A DNA stretch of 64,000 nucleotides from Gammaproteobacteria bacterium (lineage in GTDB: Bacteria > Pseudomonadota > Gammaproteobacteria > PS1 > Pseudothioglobaceae). The stretch's first letter is position 1. Each line of letters begins with the position of its first letter. Positions 50,926 to 59,344 of this stretch are shown here, one piece after another. The notes under the pieces were generated by a model. That model was not told the DNA's origin, searched no databases, and saw nothing but the letters and a program-made list of their open reading frames with translations. The position numbers were made by a program, and so were the translations under genes. The stretch spans positions 760,316-824,315 of the forward strand of contig OZ242280.1 of assembly GCA_965207345.1 (NCBI GenBank), written 5' to 3'.

Positions 50926-51018
50926 GGAGAGATGGCCGAGAGGCTGAAGGCGCTCCCCTGCTAAGGGAGTATGGGGTTTGTAGCTCCATCGAGGGTTCGA
51001 ATCCCTCTCTCTCCGCCA
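50926..51018 (+). tRNA. tRNA-Ser (anticodon GCT), 93 nt, CCA encoded
   Basis: GGAGAGATGGCCGAGAGGCTGAAGGCGCTCCCCTGCTAAGGGAGTATGGGGTTTGTAGCTCCATCGAGGGTTCGAATCCCTCTCTCTCCGCCA. The acceptor is GGAGAGA/TCTCTCC, the anticodon stem is CTCCC/GGGAG with loop CTGCTAA, and there is a long variable arm. Confidence 0.9.
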
Positions 51019-51109
51019 TAAGCGTTTAGTAATTGTAGGATAAAAAATTCTACCTTCAATAATTCCATTAAACCCAGGACTACTCTATGGATAAGCATAG
51101 AGTACCAAT
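51018..51109. repeat. Left arm of a 92-bp inverted repeat (partner 58052-58143), starting at the last base of tRNA-Ser
   Basis: ATAAGCGTTTAGTAATTGTAGGATAAAAAATTCTACCTTCAATAATTCCATTAAACCCAGGACTACTCTATGGATAAGCATAGAGTACCAAT matches the reverse complement of 58052-58143 with 4 mismatches. Confidence 0.9.
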
Positions 51110-51425
51110 ACCTGCAAATAATCCACTTGATGAGGATTTAAACATCCAAGTAAACCACTGCCATATGTCAGATTGTGATAATTATGGTATTGTCGTAAAA
51201 GTAGAACCTATTAGATCAGGTCCAAGTAAAGATGGTGATAAACAATATAAAATAACCTCTACTAGTAAAGAATGTATCCTTGCTATTTTATGTGAATATT
51301 GCACTGAGAAAGCACCTGTTAAATCTAATGAAGGTATTGCTAGTGAGATAAATAGATTAAGTGATTATTTTAAAGGTTCAGAAGATAAATGTTGTACTAA
51401 TAAAAACTGTGAAAATCACAACTAG
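51087..51425 (+). CDS. Cys-rich hypothetical protein (possible zinc-ribbon N-terminus of a lost larger gene)
   Basis: 112 aa with Cys/His clusters HCHMSDCDNYG, CEYC and CCTNKNCENH. Its first 7 codons lie inside the inverted repeat. Another frame stays open for about 94 codons after the stop (51423-51705), which suggests a frameshifted longer gene. Confidence 0.3.
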   Translation: MDKHRVPIPANNPLDEDLNIQVNHCHMSDCDNYGIVVKVEPIRSGPSKDGDKQYKITSTSKECILAILCEYCTEKAPVKSNEGIASEINRLSDYFKGSEDKCCTNKNCENHN

Positions 51426-51817
51426 CTCACTATTTAGAAAGTTTAATCAAGCTGACAGCAACACAACACTACACAAAAGCACATCTTTACAATAAGACTG
51501 ACATAATAAATACAGACTATCAGCTTGTTTGTTTGCTTGCGAAATCTGACAGTATTGAAAAATCTTTAGAAAGAAATGAACTTTATTACAGAAAAGAATC
51601 CTTAATTTATTGCATAAACACAGGATTAAGCCAAGAATTAAATTTTGATTTAAGTTTCAGACAAATCAAAGTGGAATTGGCTAGGATTTATAATGACCTT
51701 TAAAGCCGAAAATCTTAGTTTTATTTTGTGTATAATCATAAGGTTTCCAGTAAGTATAACGTTTGGTAACCCTCCGCCATATTGCATATTTTTTTTGATA
51801 GAAGAGTTGGAGAAGAT

Positions 51818-52081
51818 ATGAAACTTGTAATGTGTATGACAGTATTATCTATAGTACTATTAACAGGATGCGTTCCAGTAGTAAAAAGTGATAGAATCAT
51901 AACATCCTCTGGAAAAATTGGACATGCTATTGATTGTAAACATGCATATGATATGGGACAGTGTTATAAAAGAGCGGGTGAAACTTGTATAAAAGGATAT
52001 ATAATCTTACAAGAAACAAATATACCAGGTGGTTTTTTTGATATTCCAAGACAAAATTTGGTAATTGAGTGTAAAGAATAA
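51818..52081 (+). CDS. Small lipoprotein
   Basis: 87 aa starting from the ATG at 51818, preceded by GGAGAAG. It has a signal peptide with lipobox LLTGC. The track ORF (51782) has a 12-codon upstream extension. Confidence 0.5.
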   Translation: MKLVMCMTVLSIVLLTGCVPVVKSDRIITSSGKIGHAIDCKHAYDMGQCYKRAGETCIKGYIILQETNIPGGFFDIPRQNLVIECKE

Positions 52082-52842
52082 TAGAATTATTCAAAAAAAT
52101 TATTACAGCTGACTGCTAACGCAGATCTGTAATTGATGTAAAGGCTAGTTTTCCTATTTATTATGATAAGAGTTATGCCTGTGGACTAAGTGTTATCTGT
52201 TCTGGTTAAAAAACCTTGTGTTGTTATTCCTTATTGGTTTAAGTGAGTTTTTTTAAAAAATAGATATTTTGTATCAAGTTAACCAGAATCTCATTGACCA
52301 ATTGCACTGCGCCTGAATTGAAAAGTATAGGTGAGTAGGTCAAATCTTGAGTAATAGTTTTTTGTATGTAGAATCATGTCCTAACTAATCATTTAAGTTC
52401 CTTACTAAACAAGCCGAGTTCTAACTGCGTACAATGAGTTTATTGACTACTTTAATACAGGCTTTGGCTTATTCGCTTGTTTCAACTAACTCCTCTTGTT
52501 CTGTCTCTTTTACAAGAATAACTTTTTTGTAACATTTTCATATTCTGAAATAAAATTACTGGCAATATGAGCTAGGAGTGAGTTTTGCATTTGGAAATAG
52601 AACAACTGTTATACACTCTTAAAAGGCGTATAAACAGTAATTATATAGCATTAATTTTTTTAGTAAATAAAAATAATAATTTAATATACATCTTTTATAA
52701 AAATAAACACACATTATGAAATTATTAAATTAAATTCGCTCCAAATGTTTTTTAAAGCATTATTAGTACGAGTACTGAAAAAAGTTATGTCGATTGGGCT
52801 AAGTAGTATATGTTATTTCATGATAAAAACATCCTTACGTTT

Positions 52843-53181
52843 TTAGACTGGTTCCCATTTAGATATATCAACAGCACTGACTGCAAAGGTGAAATTAGGT
52901 ACTATATTATCTGTGCGAAGATGTTTTATCTTTTGGTATTCTTCGGAGTTCCAAAAGTTTTTAAGATGCTCTATTGTTGGGAATTTAAATAACGTAAATT
53001 TAGCATTCTCTTCCCACTCCCCTTCAAAGAGTTCTAGAAGCTGATCACTTTCACCAGCAATTAATAGCTCCCCTTTGAACTTCTCAAGTATTGGATGCGC
53101 CGCTTCACCATAAGGAATGATTGAGCCATGATCTTCTGGCATGAATGAGCTACAAACCAAATATGCTTCTAAATTTTTCAA
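52843..53181 (-). CDS. DUF1330 family protein
   Basis: 112 aa. The pattern ...YGEAAHPILEKFKGELLIAG...EGEWEENAKFTLFKFPTIEHLKNFWNSEEYQKIKHLR fits the DUF1330 consensus (Y...kyGG..l..g...EG.w.....vi.eFps.e.a..wy.S.eYq....R). Confidence 0.6.
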   Translation of the reverse strand: MKNLEAYLVCSSFMPEDHGSIIPYGEAAHPILEKFKGELLIAGESDQLLELFEGEWEENAKFTLFKFPTIEHLKNFWNSEEYQKIKHLRTDNIVPNFTFAVSAVDISKWEPV

Positions 53182-53314
53182 ATATAGTTAATCGCCTTGA
53201 TCAAGTGGTTTTGAAACATAACGCTGAACTGAACCAGCCATACCTGCCACAAAGCGACGGATATGGGTTGGTCTCCAGTAAATTGTTCTGTATTTCTACA
53301 TCAGGTTAATTAAA

Positions 53315-53524
53315 TCATTTAATTGGAACAACTTTATTTGCACAGGGGCCTTTTTGACCTTGGCCAACTTCATATTCTACTGCCTGTCCATCATTTAGCG
53401 TTGCAAAACCGCCCCCACTTTTAATTTCCGAATGATGAACAAAAAGATCTTTTCCTCCATCCTCGGGTGTAATAAAACCAAAGCCTTTATCGGCGTTGAA
53501 CCACTTAACTGTACCTTTATTCAT
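53315..53524 (-). CDS. Cold-shock protein (CspA family), copy 1
   Basis: 69 aa from the ATG at 53524. [34 protein letters not shown] carries the RNP1 (KGFGFI) and RNP2 (VFVHH-like) motifs. The track ORF has a 16-codon spurious extension. Confidence 0.9.
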   Translation of the reverse strand: MNKGTVKWFNADKGFGFITPEDGGKDLFVHHSEIKSGGGFATLNDGQAVEYEVGQGQKGPCANKVVPIK

Positions 53525-54191
53525 GTCGTTTTCTCTAGTGTTTTGATGAAAAATTATATATTCCCGACCCAATTCATCGGTTGGATGTCGAAATTGTGAT
53601 ATTCTCAGTTTTTTGTATTAGGTATCATTATCAATAGATATATCCTGAGCTCTCATTAATGGAGGCTATTCAGCGTGAGTTTTCCCAGAATTTGAGTCCA
53701 TTCTTTTTAGGCGTTTTTCTTCCTTTTTGCAAGCTCTCTTTACCGTTTTTTAAATGTGTAATTAGATTTTACCATTAAAAGTCTCTTATTTTAATTTAAA
53801 AATGTTGATCTTGGAGTAAAACATATACCTCTAACTTAAGCATCTTGTCATAAAGTATTGTATGTTACCTAATAATCCTGAAAACAATTCATAATTTTAT
53901 GTAATAAATTTCAGTATTCTTAATAGTGGATAATTCTCTGACATTGCACTACTATGCATGCTTGTTTTACCAATTGTTTTAATTATCTCAGTTAAAAACT
54001 CTGAGACTGTTATGACAGTGCCACCAGCAAGAATTGGATAATTTACATTACTGCCGCCAAAACTTAACAGACATATTTATTTGATTTCTGATGGTATTTC
54101 TAGCCCAGAAAAAATACCCGGGATATATTTTCGACCCGCTCTAAATTTCTTTTCAAAGTGAGCTTCACGCTTTTCTTAACTACTGGCATCA
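53325..54191. repeat. 0.87-kb direct repeat, copy 1 (partner 55342-56218)
   Basis: Aligned by eye along the whole length with scattered substitutions and small indels. The offset is about 2017-2027 bp. Confidence 0.9.
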
Positions 54192-54380
54192 TGGATTGGT
54201 TCAATATGGACCAGATGCTTTGTTTCAGGATGAAACGCTATAATACCTAGCTCACACTCATAACCACCTTTGGGGAGCTTCCAACCATAATATTACGACA
54301 GATGAAGTAACCTTGATATTCATAGCACTCAGCTACTAGTTGTTCGAGATAATTACTTACTATGAGTTACCTTTGGCTTA
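54077..54380 (-). pseudogene. Degraded ORF of a conserved hypothetical family (family not securely identified)
   Basis: The minus strand reads ...NYLEQLVAECYEYQGYFICRNIMVG, then a frameshift, then KLPKGGYECELGIIAFHPETKHLVHIEPIHDASS, then TAA, then EKREAHFEKKFRAGRKYIPGIFSGLEIPSEIK. There is no start codon. It spans the boundary of repeat copy 1. Confidence 0.3.
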
Positions 54381-55334
54381 TAGCGCTCAAATAAGCGACG
54401 CGCTTTAGGTAGGATCTACGATGTCACTATTAATGAAGCTAGTTATTGCACTCAAATTGATTCCAATAGATACTCATTGTTTAATAAGACTGTTTTTCAG
54501 TTCATTTAGCTTGAGTCTTTTGATCTTCAAGTTGGTGTTACAATATAGCTATTTTGGAGTTATGGCACTTCTTGCGCTTCCATCTCTCATACAAATGCTG
54601 GAAAAGGACTCTAATTTAGTGTTGCAATTGCTGCTATTAATAATAGATTAGTAATCATTTATTCGTATGGTACTGAGCTTTAACTTGCTATATAACGCCG
54701 GAATATCACCCAACATATTTGCATACTTGGTCTCATCAATGATAGCTTGAGCGAGCATGATTCCTACGTGGGCAATACTTGAACAGATCGTGAATAATAT
54801 AAAGCTTAGATTAGCCATGGAGTCTTTTGCAGCACGAACTAATAATACTCCCAATGTAATGTAAATCCCATAATCATCTGCTCATATTCTGGTTGTGCTG
54901 GCAATCAGCTCCATTCTGAGAGCTAAATTAACATCATCTATTTTTCAGACACCTTCCATGAAGTCGTAAACTTTTATATTGGCATCTCTGTATTTTTCCC
55001 ATCCCGAAAGATTACTCTTGCCAAGTAATGCATACTCTTCTTTGGTGACAATATAGCCAATCATGTTGGAAAATACCTCTTCCACTGACTCTCTTCTGAG
55101 CAACCTATCAATTAACTCCTGATGCAGGTACTTAAGTAATTCACGCATATGAGAAAAGGGTACAAATCAAGTTCCAGGAGGGTTTTCTCATGGCCTTTTT
55201 CGCGCTACTTAGGCGTGTATCCCTGTGTCTTTATGAGCTTTATATGTTAGTAGTGTTGTTTACAACACCTAACGCTAAACTCAGCGAGCGGGCAGAATGC
55301 CCCTCCTCTGAGTTCTCTGGTTATGTGTTATAAC

Positions 55335-55541
55335 TTAAAGAGGAACAACTTTATTTGCACAGGGGCCTTTTTGACCTTGGCCAACTTCATATTCTACTGC
55401 CTGTCCATCATTTAGCATTGCTCGCCCGCCCTCACTTTTAATTTCCGAATGATGAACAAAAAGATCTTTTCCTCCATCCTCGGGTGTAATAAAACCAAAG
55501 CCTTTATCGGCGTTGAACCACTTAACTGTACCTTTATTCAT
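55335..55541 (-). CDS. Cold-shock protein (CspA family), copy 2
   Basis: 68 aa from the ATG at 55541. It is identical to copy 1 apart from a few residues ([11 protein letters not shown] vs [11 protein letters not shown]) and the C-terminus. Confidence 0.9.
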   Translation of the reverse strand: MNKGTVKWFNADKGFGFITPEDGGKDLFVHHSEIKSEGGRAMLNDGQAVEYEVGQGQKGPCANKVVPL

Positions 55542-56218
55542 GTCGTCTTCTCTAGTGTTTTGATGAAAAATTATATATTCCCGACCCAATTCATCGGTTG
55601 GATGTCGAAATTGCGATATTCTCAGTTTTTTGTATTAGGTATCATTATCAATAGATATATCCTGGCTCTCATTAATGGAGGTTATTCAGCGTCAGTTTTC
55701 CCAGAATTTGGGTCCATTTTTTTTAGGCGTTTCTCTTCCTTTTTCTTCTTTTTCGCAAGCTCTTTTTGCCGTTTTTTAAATGTGTAATTAGGTTTTACCA
55801 TTAAAAGTCTCTTATTTTAATTTAAAAATGTTGATCTTGGAGTAAAACACATATCTCTAGCTTAAGCATCTTGTTACAAGGTATTGTATGTTACCTAATA
55901 ATTCTGAAAACAATTCATAATTTTATGTAATAAATTTCAGCATTCTTAATAGTGGATAATGTCTCTGACATTGCACTACTATGCATGCTTGTTTTACCAA
56001 TTGTTTTAATTATCTCAGTTAAAAACTCTGAGACTGTTATGACAGTGCCACCAGCAAGAATTGGATAGTTTACATTACTGCCTCCAAAACTCAACAGACA
56101 TATTTATTTGATTTCTGATGGTATTTCTAGCCCAGAAAAAATACCCGGGATATATTTTCGACCCGCTCTAAATTTCTTTTCAAAGTGAGCTTCACGCTTT
56201 TCTTAACTACTGGCATCA
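55342..56218. repeat. 0.87-kb direct repeat, copy 2
   Basis: Partner of 53325-54191. Confidence 0.9.
55682..55801 (-). CDS. 39-aa highly basic small protein upstream of csp copy 2
   Basis: Own translation gives MVKPNYTFKKRQKELAKKKKKEEKRLKKMDPNSGKTDAE. The homologous stretch in copy 1 (53775 downward) has CAA changed to TAA at codon 12 plus a 9-nt deletion. Confidence 0.35.
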   Translation of the reverse strand: MVKPNYTFKKRQKELAKKKKKEEKRLKKMDPNSGKTDAE

Positions 56219-56596
56219 CTGTAATCTCAAAGAGATTTTTCATCAACAAAAACACATATTTAAATATATCTATGAAGTAATTTCCTTAGAGGAGAGATAT
56301 GGTATTTAATTTAAATAATTCTTCTCTTTTACGCAGTAAGTAATTAAGCTTCTCTTAACAGCTTAAGATATTAAAATTTAGGAACGTGAAATTTTGTTTA
56401 TATTTTCTGCCTGATTTAGGCTGTGTGAATATATAATTAAACTTAATAAAATATTGTTAAATCAATAATAATTATGATATTTATACGAATAAGTAATTTG
56501 CAGTAGGTTAGGCTGTCTATTAATAGTTGCATCCTGCCCTCTACAAATCAGAGTGCAACAAGGTAAGTATATTTATCAGTAAATGGAGTATTATCT

Positions 56597-57274
56597 ATGA
56601 TAAAAGTTTATGGCGTTTACGGAACAGGGGGGTTTGGTAGAGAGGTTATACCACTATTAGAGGATCAACTAGGGCTAGCTCAGGGATTAGTAACTAATAT
56701 ATATTTTATTGATGATTTCAAACAAGGGAAAATTATAAATGGTTATCCAGTTATTAGTTTTGACTCATTTTTAAATCTTAGAGCAGACGAGCGTTGTGCG
56801 ACTATTGCCATTGCAAAAAGCAAGGTTCGTGAAAAACTAACAAATCAATGTTTAAATTCAGGTATCAAACTGTTGAATATCTGTGCAAAAAACGTGACAA
56901 AATTAAGTGGGGTAGATATTGAATATGCAAGTATTCTCTGCCCTTTTGTTACAATTACTGCTAATGTAAAAATTGGAAAATCATTTCAAGCTAATATTTA
57001 TAGCTACGTTGCTCATGATTGCATTATTGGGGATTATGTTACTTTTGCTCCTGCGGTAAAATGTAATGGCAATGTCATTATTGGAGATCATGCATATATC
57101 GGAACAGGGGCAATTATAAAACAAGGAAAAGAAGGAAAACCTTTAAAAATAGGTAAAGGAGCGATGATTTCTGCTGGATCATTTGTAACAAAAAATGTTT
57201 CTGATAGTGTGACTATGTTTGGGAATCCCGCTATAGAGTTGACAAAAGAAAACTTGAGAAAAAGAAATGGATAG
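56597..57274 (+). CDS. Hexapeptide-repeat sugar O/N-acyltransferase (NeuD/PglD family)
   Basis: 225 aa with an N-terminal Rossmann-like GVYGTGGFGREV and a C-terminal left-handed beta-helix repeats (IGDYVTFAPAVKCNGNVIIGDHAYIGTGAII). Confidence 0.75.
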   Translation: MIKVYGVYGTGGFGREVIPLLEDQLGLAQGLVTNIYFIDDFKQGKIINGYPVISFDSFLNLRADERCATIAIAKSKVREKLTNQCLNSGIKLLNICAKNVTKLSGVDIEYASILCPFVTITANVKIGKSFQANIYSYVAHDCIIGDYVTFAPAVKCNGNVIIGDHAYIGTGAIIKQGKEGKPLKIGKGAMISAGSFVTKNVSDSVTMFGNPAIELTKENLRKRNG

Positions 57275-57695
57275 TAAACAAATATTTGATTGTTTTTCTA
57301 TTGAAGAACTATCTATTGGTATGAAAGCTTCATACTCGCAAACTATTACTGATGCTGATGTTAAGGCCTTTTCAGGAATTTCTGGTGATAATAACCCTGT
57401 TCACATGAGCGAAGAGTATGCTGAAAATAGCAGATTTAAAAAAAGAATAGCTCATGGATTAATGTCCGCCTCTTATTTTTCAGCACTTTTTGGCACAAAA
57501 ATCCCAGGCCCTGGATGTGTATATGTTTCACAGCTACTAAAGTTTAAAAAGCCTGTATATCTAAATGACACTGTTACGGCTACAGTAACTGTTACAAGAA
57601 TTGATATAGAGAAAAGGCGAGTTTTCTTTAAGACTATATGCAAAGTAAAAAAAAGAACTGTGATTGATGGAGAAGCTGAAATTTATATACCATAA
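57267..57695 (+). CDS. MaoC-like (R)-specific enoyl-CoA hydratase / hot-dog fold dehydratase
   Basis: 142 aa with FSGISGDNNPVHMSEEYAENSRFKKRIAHGLM, the MaoC hydratase motif. It overlaps the upstream acyltransferase by 8 nt. Confidence 0.8.
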   Translation: MDSKQIFDCFSIEELSIGMKASYSQTITDADVKAFSGISGDNNPVHMSEEYAENSRFKKRIAHGLMSASYFSALFGTKIPGPGCVYVSQLLKFKKPVYLNDTVTATVTVTRIDIEKRRVFFKTICKVKKRTVIDGEAEIYIP

Positions 57696-57700
57696 GAGGC

Positions 57701-57742
57701 CCTTACACAACTCATCACTTTTCACCTCAATTCCTGTTTTTG
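57701..57742. repeat. 42-bp copy of dispersed repeat (partner 7622-7664)
   Basis: CCTTACACAACTCATCACTTTTCACCTCAATTCCTGTTTTTG, starting 6 nt after the MaoC stop. Confidence 0.8.
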
Positions 57743-57905
57743 ATTTTTCTTAAAGTATTCCCAAAAAATTCTATATTCTCCTGAACCTGCTTGTTTATTT
57801 CACTTCTTCACATTATTTCTTATCCCTTCTAGGTATTTTGAATACAATAACCCTTATGTTGTTGCATTTGTTTAAAAATCATCATACCTGTTTTAAAATT
57901 ATGAC

Positions 57906-58059
57906 TAATGACGTTTTCTAGGGCGTATGGCAACTACATTGACTTTCTTCATCAGTGTTGCGGTTTGATAAATTTAATCATAGCGTTGGCATTATCATTG
58001 ATTAATTTTCTCTGATTTGATAGCAATAACTGCTACGAGGAAGTTTGAGTAATTGGTAC
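57906..58059. repeat. 154-bp direct repeat, copy A (partner 58750-58903): fragment of IS3-family orfB
   Basis: About 97% identical to 58750-58903 (4 mismatches seen). On the minus strand it encodes ...QLLKLPRSSYYYQ..., a degraded IS3 OrfB N-terminus. It is joined to the inverted-repeat arm through the shared pentamer CCAAT. Confidence 0.85.
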
Positions 58060-58143
58060 TCTATGCTTATTCATAGAGTAGTCCTGGGTTTAATGGGATT
58101 ATTGAAGGTAGAATTTATTATCCTACAATTATTAAACGCTTAT
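58052..58143. repeat. Right arm of the 92-bp inverted repeat, abutting the ssrA 3' end
   Basis: Reverse complement of 51018-51109 (4 mismatches). It is separated from the tmRNA discriminator base by CTCTCC, which copies the last six acceptor-stem bases of tRNA-Ser. Confidence 0.9.
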
Positions 58144-58149
58144 GGAGAG

Positions 58150-58492
58150 TGGAGATGGGGGGAGTCGAACCCCCGTCCGCAAACCTTCAACTAAAAAATA
58201 CTACATGTTTAGTATAGTCTATTAAATTTAACAACACATCACCCGACTAACAGGGATATGGATGCGATTCCAGTTAAAATTTAACCGCCATATCCTGAAA
58301 AATACGACAGCGAGTCTGCTTATTGACCGCCGACTTAAAAGCACAGACAACCTCCAAGAGGCGGTTAGCATTAAGCTGCTAAAGCGTAGTTGTCTTCTGC
58401 AACTATTGATTTAAGAAGTTTTTACGAGCTATCCTAATCCTCGACATGCTCTTTTAGCATCCAACTTTGTGTCGAAACCAAAAGTCATCCCC
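58150..58492 (-). ncRNA. ssrA: tmRNA (SsrA), about 343 nt, CCA not encoded
   Basis: The minus strand has 5' GGGGATGACTTTTGGTTTCGAC...GCTCGTAAAAA... with resume codon and tag ORF GCA GAA GAC AAC TAC GCT TTA GCA GCT TAA (tag AEDNYALAA). The 3' end is GGACGGGGGTTCGACTCCCCCCATCTCCA. The acceptor GGGGATG/CATCTCC includes the G3:U pair. Confidence 0.92.
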
Positions 58493-58501
58493 GGTGGGGA
58501 T

Positions 58502-58530
58502 ATTCTAGCATATATCCCTTTATAGAGCAA
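58502..58530 (-). promoter_or_regulatory. Candidate sigma70 promoter of ssrA
   Basis: On the minus strand, TTGCTC (58530-58525), a 17-nt spacer, TAGAAT (58507-58502), then 9 nt to the first G of tmRNA. Confidence 0.4.
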
Positions 58531-59045
58531 GGCTTGTATACCTTGATCAGAGTGAAGCATAAGTCGGTTAGTATTGGGTTGCTAATTGCCTTGATATCAA
58601 ATCCAACACACTGGCTAAATAACTCCAACCCTGATAAGTTTTAATGTAAGTAATATCACCTGCCCAATGAGTACTTATTGATTGCTGTTCAAATTCTCAA
58701 TTTAACAGGTTTTCTGCTTTTTATGCATTAGTTTTCAGCATTAGGGTAATAATGACGTTTTATAGGGCGTATGGCAACTACATTGACTTTCTTCATCAGT
58801 GTTGCGGTTTGATAAATTTAATCATAGCGTTGGTATTATCATTGATTAATTTTCTCTGATTTGATAGTAATAACTGCTACGAGGAAGTTTGAGTAATTGG
58901 CACAATTCTCTAGTGCTGTATTGTTTGTGAGCCCTGTTCATTTTAGTAATCATGTTGGCAATGGATTGTTCTGAACAAACAAAGCTGTTGCCTTTTTTAG
59001 GATGTCATTATCTTTTTGCGAACGCCATAGTTATTTTTAAGTGAT
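58531..59045 (-). mobile_element. IS3-family insertion sequence remnant (degraded orfA end, A6G frameshift window, orfB N-terminal half)
   Basis: The minus strand reads ...DNDILKKATALF (orfA end containing the A AAA AAG slippery motif). The -1 frame reads ...YSTRELCQLLKLPRSSYYYQ, followed by [39 protein letters not shown] (first DDE Asp region) and LHSDQGIQ (second Asp), with several stops and frameshifts in between. It is truncated just upstream of the ssrA promoter. Confidence 0.7.
58750..58903. repeat. 154-bp direct repeat, copy B (inside the IS3 remnant)
   Basis: Partner of 57906-58059. Confidence 0.85.
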
Positions 59046-59344
59046 TGAATCTCTTGTTATTCAAGGGTCATGGCTTTGCATGATTTTGGCGTTTGTCCAT
59101 TTATCTCTGCTAGGTAACTTTTTCTTAAAACAAAAGACAAAATACCTTAGTAATTATGCCTTTTCCTGTTAAGAAAAAGTGCGGTATCTTTTTGGATTTA
59201 TGCAACAAATTAATTTTTTAGTAGCTATACGCTTTATTAAAAAGTACATTTAAAATATACACTAAAATATTAAAATTAAATTGTAGCGATAAAATGCAAA
59301 TTATTTAGCAAAAATATGTTTTTAAAACAATACTCAAAGAAATA

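Noticed and set aside
51019-52842. Searched for a tyrosine-recombinase/integrase gene next to tRNA-Ser, as expected for a tRNA-borne island
   Set aside because: No frame on either strand showed integrase motifs (R...HxxR...Y context) or an ORF longer than about 110 codons. The region appears to be non-coding debris apart from the Cys-rich ORF and the small lipoprotein.
54421-54854. Two short ORFs (76 aa on the plus strand, 68 aa on the minus strand) in the unique DNA between the csp repeats
   Set aside because: They are hydrophobic or low-complexity, have no RBS or motifs, and sit in a region full of pseudogene fragments. The evidence is insufficient to call them.
54945-55148. 67-aa ORF MRELLKYLHQELIDRLLRRESVEEVF...
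   Set aside because: It is a plausible small protein, but I could not recognise any family or neighbouring functional context, so it is left uncalled.
55449-55787. 112-aa plus-strand ORF
   Set aside because: It is antisense to the highly conserved csp gene and to the 39-aa basic ORF. The sequence is low-complexity (runs of F/S), so it is spurious.
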